Assembly (NCBI GenBank): GCA_902800595.1
Contig: CADCFA010000003.1
Location: 1,931-65,930, forward strand
Direction: 5' to 3'
From: an uncultured Prevotellaceae bacterium
GTDB taxonomy: Bacteria; Bacteroidota; Bacteroidia; Bacteroidales; Bacteroidaceae
DNA length: 64,000 bases
Positions 55,428 to 64,000 of this stretch are shown piece by piece. Positions within the stretch are counted from its first letter, which is position 1. Each line of letters starts with the position of its first letter. A model generated the notes under the pieces. That model saw only the letters and a program-made list of their open reading frames with translations, did no database searches and was not told the origin of the DNA. Position numbers and translations under genes: made by a program.

Positions 55428-55470
55428 ACGATTTTAATCGAACAATGCAACTTTTTTAGAAAAAAAAATC

Positions 55471-55500
55471 AAAAAAGTGTGTCACTTTTGTGACACACTT
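55471..55500 (-). terminator. Intrinsic terminator of the FKBP operon
   Basis: Perfect 11-bp stem AAGTGTGTCAC-TTTT-GTGACACACTT followed by a U-tract on the minus strand. Confidence 0.9.
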
Positions 55501-55502
55501 AC

Positions 55503-56402
55503 CTATTTCTTGACAATACCTACCAGTTCCACATCGAAAATCAGTGCACTGTAAGGTTGTATCTTACCAGAGTTTCGTGAACCATACGCCAGGTAATAAG
55601 GAATGTACAGCTGCCACTTAGAACCCACAGGCATCATGGTCAAAGCCTCAGTCCAACCCTTGATCACCTGTTTCGGCGTAAACTCCGCAGGTTTCTCGCC
55701 ATGTACGGCAGAAGAGTCGAAGACAGTACCATCGACCAGACGGCCTTCGTAGTTCACCTGTACCTTCTGATCCTCCAGGGGCACCTCACCGTCACCCTTT
55801 ACCAGTACCTTATACTGCAAACCGCTGGGCAGTACGATGACACTATCCTTCTTGGCATTCTCCTTCAGGAACTGCTCACCTGCTTCACGGTTGGGACCGT
55901 AGAGCTTCTCCTCTTTAGCCAGCTTATCAGCAACGCGCTTCTGAGTGAACAGCTTCTCAGCGGCATCGTATGTAAATATGGTAGAGTCACCCTCAAGGGC
56001 ATGGATAAAACCCTTATAGAGCAAATCGGCTACGATAGAGTCGGGAGAGTCCTTAAACTCTGTTGTGATACCAGGCACCATGCGCTCACTAATCTGGCGG
56101 GCAATATCAAGACCTGCCATATAAGCCTTCTGCTTGGGACTGTCGGCTGAGCGGACACCTTCACGCACGCCACGGATGAAATCAGCCATCATCGTGGTAT
56201 CCACTTTCTGCTGAATCAGGTAGGGAATCAAACCGTTGGTGAGTGATATGCCTGCTGCATAGCTCAAAGAGTCGGAGCTGTTGTTCAGAACAACAGGCTG
56301 AGCAGGGAACACCACCTCCTTATTCTTTTTCTTAATCGCCTCTACAGGAGAAAAAGAAGCACTCGCCACGAGGGCAAGTGCCAATAATATCGTCTTCTTC
56401 AT
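55503..56402 (-). CDS. FKBP-type peptidyl-prolyl isomerase (exported)
   Basis: Signal peptide, DSLSYA, SGLQY, YEGRLVDGTVFDSS, VIKGWTEAL. Confidence 0.95.
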   Translation of the reverse strand: MKKTILLALALVASASFSPVEAIKKKNKEVVFPAQPVVLNNSSDSLSYAAGISLTNGLIPYLIQQKVDTTMMADFIRGVREGVRSADSPKQKAYMAGLDIARQISERMVPGITTEFKDSPDSIVADLLYKGFIHALEGDSTIFTYDAAEKLFTQKRVADKLAKEEKLYGPNREAGEQFLKENAKKDSVIVLPSGLQYKVLVKGDGEVPLEDQKVQVNYEGRLVDGTVFDSSAVHGEKPAEFTPKQVIKGWTEALTMMPVGSKWQLYIPYYLAYGSRNSGKIQPYSALIFDVELVGIVKK

Positions 56403-57280
56403 TATCTCTTAGTGTTTGCTTCCAGAAGTTCAATCTTGAAGATCAGTACAGAGAAAGGTTTGATATCGCCCTGCTCACGCTCACCATAAGCCATATCCTG
56501 AGGAATATAAACCTCCCATACAGAACCTGCAGGCATGTGGCAGAGAGCCTCTGTCCAACCCTTGATCACCTGATTTGCACGGAACACAGCAGGCTCGTTG
56601 CGCTTGTAAGAGCTGTCGAACACAGTACCGTCGATCAGACGACCCTCATAGTTAACCTTCACAAGAGAGGTATCTGTAGGAACAGCACCTGTTCCCTCTG
56701 TGAGTACCTTATACTGGATACCGTTAGCAAGTGTCTTCACACCCTCTTTCGTGGCATTCTCCTTCAGGAACTTCTCACCAGCCTCCTTGTTAGGACCATA
56801 GGTCTTCATCATCTCGCGAGCCTTGATCTCCTGCATCTTCTGCTGAGCAAGCTGCTGAGCCTCTTCTACTGTCATCAGACCCTTCTTACCTGTTGTACCA
56901 CTGATGAAAGCTGCCATGAAGTTCTTCAGAGAGATTGTCTTGGTAGAATCGTCACCAAACACCTCACGGTTGATGCCCTTTACCATACGTGTAGAGATCT
57001 GCTGACCAATCTGGATACCAGCGTAGTAAGCTGCCTTCTTGGCATTGTCACCAGCGTTCACACCCTCGTTCAAGCCCTTGATGAACTCACCCATGTAAGC
57101 GGTATCTACGCCCAGGCTGCTAACGAGATACTCTCTCAGGCCCTGAGTCTGAGCCATACCGATGGCGTAACTCATTGTGTCAACATCTGTCTTCAGACTG
57201 GCCTTAGGAGCCGAATTGCCACAAGCGGTAAAACCTGCAGCTACGATAGCCATAACGGCTACAAACATTAATTTCTTCAT
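56402..57280 (-). CDS. FKBP-type peptidyl-prolyl isomerase (lipoprotein)
   Basis: Lipobox FTAC, DTMSYAIG, YEGRLIDGTVFDSS. Confidence 0.95.
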   Translation of the reverse strand: MKKLMFVAVMAIVAAGFTACGNSAPKASLKTDVDTMSYAIGMAQTQGLREYLVSSLGVDTAYMGEFIKGLNEGVNAGDNAKKAAYYAGIQIGQQISTRMVKGINREVFGDDSTKTISLKNFMAAFISGTTGKKGLMTVEEAQQLAQQKMQEIKAREMMKTYGPNKEAGEKFLKENATKEGVKTLANGIQYKVLTEGTGAVPTDTSLVKVNYEGRLIDGTVFDSSYKRNEPAVFRANQVIKGWTEALCHMPAGSVWEVYIPQDMAYGEREQGDIKPFSVLIFKIELLEANTKR

Positions 57281-57301
57281 TTTCTAATATTTTATTTTAC
57301 C

Positions 57302-57907
57302 TTATACTACCTGAATCAACTCTACATCGAAGATCAGTGCTGCAAATGGAGGGATGGAAGCTCCTGCGCCACCTGCACCGTAACCCAAACGGTAAGGGAT
57401 GAAGAAACGGTACTTAGCACCTTCCTGCATCAGCTGCAAACCTTCTGTCCATCCGGCAATCACCTGCTGCAAGGGGAAGGTGGCAGGCTCACCACGCTGG
57501 TAGCTGCTGTCGAATACGGTACCATCGATCAACGTACCCTCATAGTGACACATCACGGTGTCCTTAGCAGAAGGTTTCTTGCCATTACCCTCTTTCAACA
57601 CCTGATACTGCAGACCGCTGGGCAATGTCACCACACCCTCTTTCTTGGCATTCTCTGCCAGGTATTTCTCACCAGCCTCCTTGTGAACCTTACCTTGTTC
57701 AGCACGCTCGGCTTGCATCTTCTCGTTCTGTTTTGCAAAATACTCCTGAACAATCGTCTGAGCCTCACGATGAGACACTTTCAGCTCCTGACCACCCAGC
57801 ACATCCTTGATAGCCTGTGCAAAGTCGTCGGCACTGATATTCTCAGCACCCATCTGGGCAAGCTGCTGACCGATTCCAAGGCCCAATGCATAGCTTAATT
57901 TATCCAT
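57302..57907 (-). CDS. FKBP-type peptidyl-prolyl isomerase (cytoplasmic, FklB-like)
   Basis: MDKLSYALG, SGLQY, HYEGTLIDGTVFDSS; no signal peptide. Confidence 0.95.
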   Translation of the reverse strand: MDKLSYALGLGIGQQLAQMGAENISADDFAQAIKDVLGGQELKVSHREAQTIVQEYFAKQNEKMQAERAEQGKVHKEAGEKYLAENAKKEGVVTLPSGLQYQVLKEGNGKKPSAKDTVMCHYEGTLIDGTVFDSSYQRGEPATFPLQQVIAGWTEGLQLMQEGAKYRFFIPYRLGYGAGGAGASIPPFAALIFDVELIQVV

Positions 57908-57948
57908 TCTTTCTTATATTAATAATGTGTAACTTCTAAAATCGGGCG

Positions 57949-58037
57949 CAAAGTTACAATAATTTTTAGACATAAGAACATAAGTACATATTTTTTTTTG
58001 TTTCTTTTGTTCTTTTGTTTAAAAAATCGTATCTTTG
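57949..58037. promoter_or_regulatory. Divergent -7 elements (57949-57956 minus; 58030-58037 plus) flanking an imperfect inverted repeat built from 8-bp units
   Basis: TAACTTTG and TATCTTTG; tttttagacataagaacataag ... cttttgttcttttgtttaaaaa. Confidence 0.7.
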
Positions 58038-58062
58038 CAGAAGAATAAATATCTGTATGCGT

Positions 58063-58755
58063 ATGAAAAAGATTGTTGTTTTAACTGGTGCTGGCATGTC
58101 GGTGGAGAGTGGACTGAAGACTTTCCGCGATGCCGATGGTCTGTGGGAGAACTATCCCGTTTCTAAGGTAGCAACTCATGAAGGCTGGGAAGCCGATCCC
58201 ACCCTTGTGACTAACTTCTATAATATGCTCCGCAAGAAATGCTGGGGGGTGAAGCCCAACGAGGGGCATCAGCTCGTGGCAAAGCTTGAGGAGAAATACG
58301 ATGTGACAGTTGTGACGCAGAATGTTGATAACCTCCACGAGATGGCAGGATCGTCAAAGGTGATCCATCTGCATGGCGAGCTGATGAAGGTTTGCTCAAG
58401 TTACAATGTGGATGACCCACGCTATCAGGTAACCCTAACCCGCGACAATTGCGAGGTGGAGCCTGGTACCAAGGCTGGTGACGGTTCCCTGCTCCGTCCG
58501 TTCATCGTGTTCTTCGGTGAGGCTGTACCAAACATCACTGTAGCAGCCGAAGAAGTACAAGAGGCCGACATCCTGGTTATCATCGGCACTTCACTGGTGG
58601 TCTATCCAGCTGCAGGGTTGATGCACTATGCACGCCCTGATGTGCCCATCTACCTGATTGACCCAAATCCCATCAATGTAGGCAGTCGCGTCACCCAGAT
58701 CCAGAAGGGCGCTTCCGAAGGTATGAAGGAACTCTCAGAGATTCTGATGAAATAA
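58063..58755 (+). CDS. cobB: NAD-dependent deacylase (sirtuin)
   Basis: LTGAGMS, TFRD, TQNVDNLHE, HLHGEL, RP-x-IVFFGE, IGTSLVVYPAA; alternative start 58057. Confidence 0.95.
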   Translation: MKKIVVLTGAGMSVESGLKTFRDADGLWENYPVSKVATHEGWEADPTLVTNFYNMLRKKCWGVKPNEGHQLVAKLEEKYDVTVVTQNVDNLHEMAGSSKVIHLHGELMKVCSSYNVDDPRYQVTLTRDNCEVEPGTKAGDGSLLRPFIVFFGEAVPNITVAAEEVQEADILVIIGTSLVVYPAAGLMHYARPDVPIYLIDPNPINVGSRVTQIQKGASEGMKELSEILMK

Positions 58756-58787
58756 AAAAAATCCCGCTGGTTGCGGGATTTTTTATT
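58751..58787. terminator. Bidirectional intrinsic terminator
   Basis: AATAAAAAAAATCCCGC-TGGTT-GCGGGATTTTTTATT between cobB and ispG. Confidence 0.9.
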
Positions 58788-60165
58788 ATGCTCTGTCCTT
58801 ACGGATCAGTTCAAGCAGCTTTTCGACGGCTTCTGATTCCGGGATGTTCTTCTCTACACATTCCTTGGCTTTGTAGAGAGATATCTTGCCCCGGCCAGCG
58901 CCTACGTAGCCGTAATCGGCATCCGCCATCTCACCAGGACCATTCACGATACAGCCCATGATACCGATCTTCAGTCCTACGAGATCCTTTGTGGCAGCCT
59001 TGATCTTGGCAATGGTCTCCTGAAGGTTGTAGAGCGTACGTCCGCACCCCGGGCAAGAGATATACTCCGTCTTTGTGAACTTGATGCGAGCCGCCTGGAG
59101 GATATCATCAGCCAGACTAGCCAACCTAGCCGGACTAGCACAACTAGCCGGACTGGAAATAACAAGCTTCGTGGCCTTTCTGTCTATCAGCAGGGCACCT
59201 ACAGCCATCGCGGCTTTAAGCTGCAGCGTTTCCCAATCTGGGGCATCAACACTCAACGTGATGGTATCATCCTTGATGCCAGCCTCAGCCTGTTCACGCA
59301 GGGCAGCGCATTCGGCAATGGAATCCACCAGCTTACGAGCTACGGGGATCTCACACTCCGGTTCCTCACTCAGCGACACACGTACTGTATCACCGATACC
59401 CTCTGTCAGCAGGGCACCGATACCCACGGCACTCTTGATACGACCATCCTCACCCTCACCTGCTTCGGTGACACCAAGGTGAAGCGGATAGTGCATATCC
59501 TCCTGATCCATCGTCTTGACAAGCAGACGTACAGTGGTAACCATCACCACAGTGTTGGATGCCTTAATAGAAATGACAACATCGTTGAAATGCTCACGCT
59601 TGAAGATACGCAAGAACTCCATACAGCTCTCTACGATACCCGCTGGCGTATCACCATAACGGGACATGATTCTGTCGGAGAGCGAACCATGATTGACACC
59701 AATGCGCACTGCCGTATGATGCTCCTTGCAGATATTCAGGAAAGGCACCAGCTGGCGCTCGATCTTCTTCAGTTCCTCGGCATATTCCTCATCGGTATAT
59801 TCCAGGTGCTTGAATGTGCGTCCCGGATCAACATAGTTACCAGGATTGATACGTACCTTCTCACAATAAAGGGCAGCGACATCAGCCGTATGAGCCGTAA
59901 AATGGACATCAGCCACAAGAGGTGTCTGATAGCCGTCAGCTTTCAACTGAGCCGAGATGTTCTTCATGTTCTCAGCCTCACGAACGCCCTGGGTGGTGAA
60001 TCTTACAAGTTCGCCACCAGCATCGATGATACGCTTGGCCTGAGCTACACAGCCTTCTGTGTTATTGGTATCTACCGTACCCATCGACTGGATACGAATA
60101 GGATTCTGTCCGCCGATGCCGATATTACCGACACGGGCTTCTGTGGATTGTCTTCTCTGATACAT
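58786..60165 (-). CDS. ispG: (E)-4-hydroxy-3-methylbut-2-enyl-diphosphate synthase
   Basis: IQSM, VADVHF, RINPGN, RIGVNHGSL, PLHLGVTEAG, CPGCGRT, MGCIVNGPGE. Confidence 0.97.
   Translation of the reverse strand: MYQRRQSTEARVGNIGIGGQNPIRIQSMGTVDTNNTEGCVAQAKRIIDAGGELVRFTTQGVREAENMKNISAQLKADGYQTPLVADVHFTAHTADVAALYCEKVRINPGNYVDPGRTFKHLEYTDEEYAEELKKIERQLVPFLNICKEHHTAVRIGVNHGSLSDRIMSRYGDTPAGIVESCMEFLRIFKREHFNDVVISIKASNTVVMVTTVRLLVKTMDQEDMHYPLHLGVTEAGEGEDGRIKSAVGIGALLTEGIGDTVRVSLSEEPECEIPVARKLVDSIAECAALREQAEAGIKDDTITLSVDAPDWETLQLKAAMAVGALLIDRKATKLVISSPASCASPARLASLADDILQAARIKFTKTEYISCPGCGRTLYNLQETIAKIKAATKDLVGLKIGIMGCIVNGPGEMADADYGYVGAGRGKISLYKAKECVEKNIPESEAVEKLLELIRKDRA
59111..59155. repeat. 9-bp-period CTAG micro-repeat x5 inside ispG
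   Basis: gccagacta gccaaccta gccggacta gcacaacta gccggactg. Confidence 0.8.
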
Positions 60166-60672
60166 TTAATTGGTTTTAAAGTTATACTTAACCTCTGCAA
60201 GTTCCTGGTTTGCCTTCTCTATCTTCACACGAAGGTTACCCTTATAGACTGCCAGACGCTGAGCCAGATCGGCATCAGAAAGGGCCATCATCTGAACAGC
60301 AAGGATAGCTGCATTTTGGGCTCCATTGACACCTACCGTAGCCACAGGGATGCCAGGAGGCATCTGGATGATGGATAGCATGGCATCAAGACCATCAAGC
60401 ATGCCCTTAATGGGGACACCGATAACAGGCAGTGTAGTAGAAGCTGCGATGACTCCTGGCAGAGCTGCAGCCATACCGGCACCTGCAATAATCACCTTGA
60501 TACCACGATCTTTCGCCGTACGCGCAAACTCCTCTACAGCTTCAGGGGTACGATGGGCTGAAAGGGCATTTACCTCGAAAGGCACCTGCAAATCATCAAG
60601 CAGCTTGCAGGCTTTTTCCATAACAGGCAGATCACTGGTGCTGCCCATGATAATACTTACTAACGGTTTCAT
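60166..60672 (-). CDS. purE: N5-CAIR mutase
   Basis: IMGSTSD, SAHRTP, AGAGMAAALPG, QMPPGIPVAT. Confidence 0.97.
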   Translation of the reverse strand: MKPLVSIIMGSTSDLPVMEKACKLLDDLQVPFEVNALSAHRTPEAVEEFARTAKDRGIKVIIAGAGMAAALPGVIAASTTLPVIGVPIKGMLDGLDAMLSIIQMPPGIPVATVGVNGAQNAAILAVQMMALSDADLAQRLAVYKGNLRVKIEKANQELAEVKYNFKTN

Positions 60673-60676
60673 ATGC

Positions 60677-61306
60677 TTATAAATAAATTAATCCTATTGT
60701 TGAACATACAACCCCCACAAAGAAACCTGTGACGACCTGAGCCAGCGTATGCTGTCGGAGAATCATACGACTGGTTCCAAGCAGGCCTGCCAGAATGAGT
60801 ACGACACAGAGCCACCATATGGGATTGAAGCCAAAAAACTCACCAAACACGAAAAGTGCGCCTGCCACACCGCCGATAGCAGCAGTATGTGTGGAGATCT
60901 TCCACCACACATTGATCAGGGCACACACAATCTGAATAAACAGCGCCGCAGAGAGGATGGTACCCATAAAATGTGGGATATGAAGCAGATCCATCAGATA
61001 GACGCAGAAGAAATAGCAGAGGATAGAAATGACGTAAGGTACGATACGACGCTCCTTATGTCCCATGTCAATGAGATTCCATCCCTTATAGCGCCGATAG
61101 AGATGGATGAGAATCGTTGGCAGAAGGATAGTGAACACATAGACCAGCGTGAGCACCTGAAGCTTATAGGCCCAAGGCATCAGACCAAGATAGCTGAACA
61201 TGAACAGTGCCATCAGTCCGACCAGCGGCAGATAGAAAGGTGTAAACACCAGACTCATGATTCTTGCTGCCAAAATGATATTTCTATCTCTATTCGATTG
61301 TGTCAT
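60677..61306 (-). CDS. Membrane protein with PAP2-like C-terminus
   Basis: About 6-7 TM helices; KISTH and SRMILRQHT. Confidence 0.7.
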   Translation of the reverse strand: MTQSNRDRNIILAARIMSLVFTPFYLPLVGLMALFMFSYLGLMPWAYKLQVLTLVYVFTILLPTILIHLYRRYKGWNLIDMGHKERRIVPYVISILCYFFCVYLMDLLHIPHFMGTILSAALFIQIVCALINVWWKISTHTAAIGGVAGALFVFGEFFGFNPIWWLCVVLILAGLLGTSRMILRQHTLAQVVTGFFVGVVCSTIGLIYL

Positions 61307-62808
61307 CGTCGGAGTCGGGCTATGGGAATATTTAATTGTTCACGATATTTTGCCACTGTACGACGGGCTATCGGGAAACCGCGACGGGCCAGTTCTTCCT
61401 TCAGGGCATCATCGCTTAACGGATGGCGTTTGTCCTCACCATCGACGATGTCGCGAAGTGCCGCTTTGATCTGACGGGTGGACAGTTCTTCACCGCTCTC
61501 CGTCACATAGGCATCGCTAAAGAAATGACGTAAGGGGAAGGTTCCCCAGCGCGTCTGAGCATACTTTGAGTTGCTCACACGTGAGATAGTTGACTGATCC
61601 AGCCCAGTCTTCTCTGCCACATCTCGCAGAATCATAGGGCGCAAAGAAGCCTCATCACCATCGACAAAGAACTGGTGCTGCAACTGGATGATCGCCCGCA
61701 TGGTAACAGTCAGCGTGTGACGGCGCACCTTAATGGCCTCAATGAAGCCCTGGGCTGCATCAACCTTCTTCTTGATATAGAGCAGTGCCTCTTTTGTCTG
61801 CCGGTTGAGATAATCTTTATTCTGCTGGTATTCCTTCATCGAATCAACAAACGACTGAGATACTTTCAACTCCGGCACCTCACCATTATTAAGGGTAAAG
61901 GTGACTGTACCGTCATCCAAGGTGTCAACAATAAAGTCGGGGGTTATCTGCTGCATATTCCTGCCCACCGTCTCACCCAAGGAGGCACCTGGACGAGGAT
62001 TCAGCTTACGCAGTTCTCGGAAAAGAACTTCTGCCTGTGCATCATTCAACGACAGTGCGCTCTGGATCTTATCCCAATGCTTTTTAGTGAATTCTTCGAA
62101 ATAACTGCTAACAACCTTGGCCATCAGTTCCTTCAGACGCGAAGGGTCTCTGCGGTCAATCTGCAACAACAGGCACTCCTGTAGCGAACGGGCACCAATA
62201 CCTGCAGGATCGAATGTCTGCAACATCTGAAGAACCTGTACCAGCTCTTGTTCTGTGACATCAATGTTATGATACACAGCCAGCTCATCACAGATTGCAC
62301 CAAGGTCCTTTCGCAACAAACCATCGTCTTCGAGTGAACCTATCAGATACTCCATCACATCACGCTGACTGTCGCTCATATCCAGTTCCCCCATCTGCTC
62401 CTTCAGCTGGTCATAAAACGAGACGCTCTCGCCATAGACCATCTCCTCACGTTCTTCTGAGACGGAATTACCGCCATGATAGACGGGTAGCTCATCATCG
62501 TCGAGACCCATATTACTAAGCGCATCGTCGAGAGCCGACTGCCGTTCCTCCTGTTCCTTGCGCGACTCAAAGTCGTCAGAATTACCAAACTCCTGACCAT
62601 CAGCATCATCCTGATAGCCTAGCTCATCACCAACCTCATATGAAGAATCAGTCTCTAGTGCCGGATTATCGTTCATCTCAGTAGCGATGCGATCCAACAA
62701 TTGTGTGATTGGCAACTCTACCAGAGATGCCTGCAATAACTGCTGATGCGAGAATGCCTGTCCCTGCTTCAGCTGCTGCAACTGTTCTTGTATCTGACTT
62801 TGCGACAT
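61303..62808 (-). CDS. rpoN: RNA polymerase sigma-54 factor
   Basis: Gln-rich region I, NPALE, DPAGIGARSLQECL, STISR, RpoN box ARRTVAKYRE. Confidence 0.97.
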   Translation of the reverse strand: MSQSQIQEQLQQLKQGQAFSHQQLLQASLVELPITQLLDRIATEMNDNPALETDSSYEVGDELGYQDDADGQEFGNSDDFESRKEQEERQSALDDALSNMGLDDDELPVYHGGNSVSEEREEMVYGESVSFYDQLKEQMGELDMSDSQRDVMEYLIGSLEDDGLLRKDLGAICDELAVYHNIDVTEQELVQVLQMLQTFDPAGIGARSLQECLLLQIDRRDPSRLKELMAKVVSSYFEEFTKKHWDKIQSALSLNDAQAEVLFRELRKLNPRPGASLGETVGRNMQQITPDFIVDTLDDGTVTFTLNNGEVPELKVSQSFVDSMKEYQQNKDYLNRQTKEALLYIKKKVDAAQGFIEAIKVRRHTLTVTMRAIIQLQHQFFVDGDEASLRPMILRDVAEKTGLDQSTISRVSNSKYAQTRWGTFPLRHFFSDAYVTESGEELSTRQIKAALRDIVDGEDKRHPLSDDALKEELARRGFPIARRTVAKYREQLNIPIARLRR

Positions 62809-63455
62809 TACTTAAAATACTCCTTCAACTGTACGGCATAAGATGCCAGCAACTGAGTGTCGGCATTACCATAGCGGCGCCATATCTCCTTACAAGGTTC
62901 CTGCAGACGCGCAGAGACGGCATCTTTTCGTTTCAGGTAAGGATCACAGCATTGAAAGACCTTTAGCACTTCTTCCACTTCTGCAGGCCGTATGCCAATG
63001 AGCTTTGCCAGCTCCTGGACCTCAGGGGTGGCAGCTACCATCGTAATAGGCGTAAGCCGGAAATAAAGATCGAGAATCAGCGTCAACATGACAGGTGTCA
63101 ACACCTCGCCGTCGGCTACAGGCTTAAAGTCCTTCTCAAAACTCTCGTTCACCTCTACGCCACTATAGAACTCTTCAGCATTATTAAAACCATTCATCTC
63201 CCGCATCAGACGGGCAGCACGGGCCAGTTTCTTCGGATTCTGGCCATAGGTCTCCCACAGGCGCTCCACCCGAGGCGTCTCCAGGTTAGCCAACTGGCAC
63301 ATCTTGTTGAACAATACAGCAGGAGAGATATGAATTTCTATACTCAGATCGACCATCTGCCGACAATACATCGGCTTCAGACCCACAGGCTTTTTCAGAT
63401 AAAGCTGCATCAGCAGAAGCCAGTAATCATCCTGCCATTTCGAGTTCTTTGCCAT
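62808..63455 (-). CDS. Hypothetical protein with two tandem copies of a helical domain resembling the N-terminal domain of some HNH endonucleases
   Basis: Repeat 1 W..LLMQLYL...LSIEIHISP...LWETYG; repeat 2 LILDLYF...ELAKLIGIRP...DP...IWRRYG. Start set by the promoter at 63475-63482. Confidence 0.75.
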   Translation of the reverse strand: MAKNSKWQDDYWLLLMQLYLKKPVGLKPMYCRQMVDLSIEIHISPAVLFNKMCQLANLETPRVERLWETYGQNPKKLARAARLMREMNGFNNAEEFYSGVEVNESFEKDFKPVADGEVLTPVMLTLILDLYFRLTPITMVAATPEVQELAKLIGIRPAEVEEVLKVFQCCDPYLKRKDAVSARLQEPCKEIWRRYGNADTQLLASYAVQLKEYFK

Positions 63456-63474
63456 AATACCAAATATTTTTCTG

Positions 63475-63482
63475 CAAAAATA
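63475..63482 (-). promoter_or_regulatory. -7 promoter element TATTTTTG for hypothetical-rpoN-PAP2-purE-ispG
   Basis: TAnnTTTG 19 nt before ATG 63455. Confidence 0.65.
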
Positions 63483-63557
63483 CATCTTTTTTCCAATACT
63501 TTCACAGAAAAAGGCAAAAACTTGCAAGAAAAGTTTCCTTAAGGAAGATAGCAGACC

Positions 63558-64000
63558 TCAGATAGAGATAGAGACATCTGGATTCCATAACACAGTCTGT
63601 CCACTGTAGAGCGACTTCTGAACATCAATAAGCCGCTGGTTGGAAGAACCACGGAACAAGAGGTCCGGATCACGCAGTTTTTCGATATATGGTCCATCTA
63701 CCAGCACATCAAGCAACTCCAACAGTTCACGCTGTGCCCGTGTAATCAGACTTTCAAAAGGGAAGCCCGTGTAACACCAAATATCTTTGTTCGTCTGCAT
63801 GTGGATAGCACGTGCCAACTCTGCAAAGCCATCGCACTGATACATCGGATCGCCGCCAGAGAATGTGACATTGGCATAGGGATCCGCCACGATAATCTTC
63901 ATGATCTCCTCTGTGCTCATCTCACGCCCGCCTTTGAAATCCCACGACTGGGGATTATGACAGCCCGGACACTTATGACGGCACCCGGCACAATAGATGG
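63558..64000 (-). CDS. nrdG: Anaerobic ribonucleotide reductase activating protein (5' truncated by window edge)
   Basis: Frame extends to the edge: IYCAGCRHKCPGCHNPQSW; TFSGGDP, DVLVDGPY, FRGSSNQR. Confidence 0.96.
   Translation of the reverse strand, partial: IYCAGCRHKCPGCHNPQSWDFKGGREMSTEEIMKIIVADPYANVTFSGGDPMYQCDGFAELARAIHMQTNKDIWCYTGFPFESLITRAQRELLELLDVLVDGPYIEKLRDPDLLFRGSSNQRLIDVQKSLYSGQTVLWNPDVSISI

Noticed and set aside
6343-63527. Extended ORF-track N-termini (6343, 13188, 23401, 44167, 44650, 50461, 58015, 63527)
   Set aside because: They use TTG/GTG or upstream starts that run through or abut TAnnTTTG promoters, or overlap the neighbouring gene; downstream ATGs were used instead.
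1-64000. tRNA, rRNA, IS elements, integrases, prophage genes
   Set aside because: None recognised. Intergenic spaces are short and largely explained by promoters, terminators and micro-repeats.

Overview
A 64 kb chromosomal window from a Bacteroidota genome, most likely Prevotella/Xylanibacter-like. This call rests on TAnnTTTG -7 promoters before nearly every transcription unit, the lack of Shine-Dalgarno sites, signal peptides followed by Gln, and typical gene neighbourhoods. Most genes are housekeeping or envelope genes: murA-rimM-dxr-rseP, comEC, terC-argE, dut-TPR-DUF4292-envC, dgt-miaB-msbA plus two LTA-synthase-like genes, lpxL with GT2/GT11 genes, GT87x2-gtrA-GT4, glutaminyl cyclase, three FKBPs, cobB, rpoN-purE-ispG and partial nrdG. 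No rRNA, tRNA, CRISPR array, integrase or transposase was recognised. A ~19.5 kb block (about 25.07-44.64 kb) whose intact genes are all on the minus strand splits the glycosyltransferase region and has an orphan promoter at one end and gene debris at the other. It holds the most interesting locus: GH13 - STAS - GlgX - Cache/HAMP/PP2C phosphatase, which matches the cyanobacterial icfG partner-switching cluster but has no kinase. It also holds an AraC - patatin/beta-barrel - CPA2 - RND operon. Other notable items are a nuclease-free tandem-domain protein translationally coupled to rpoN, 9-bp-period CTAG micro-repeats in frame in three unrelated genes, and unannotated gene remnants. All family calls are by motif recognition only; no searches were run.
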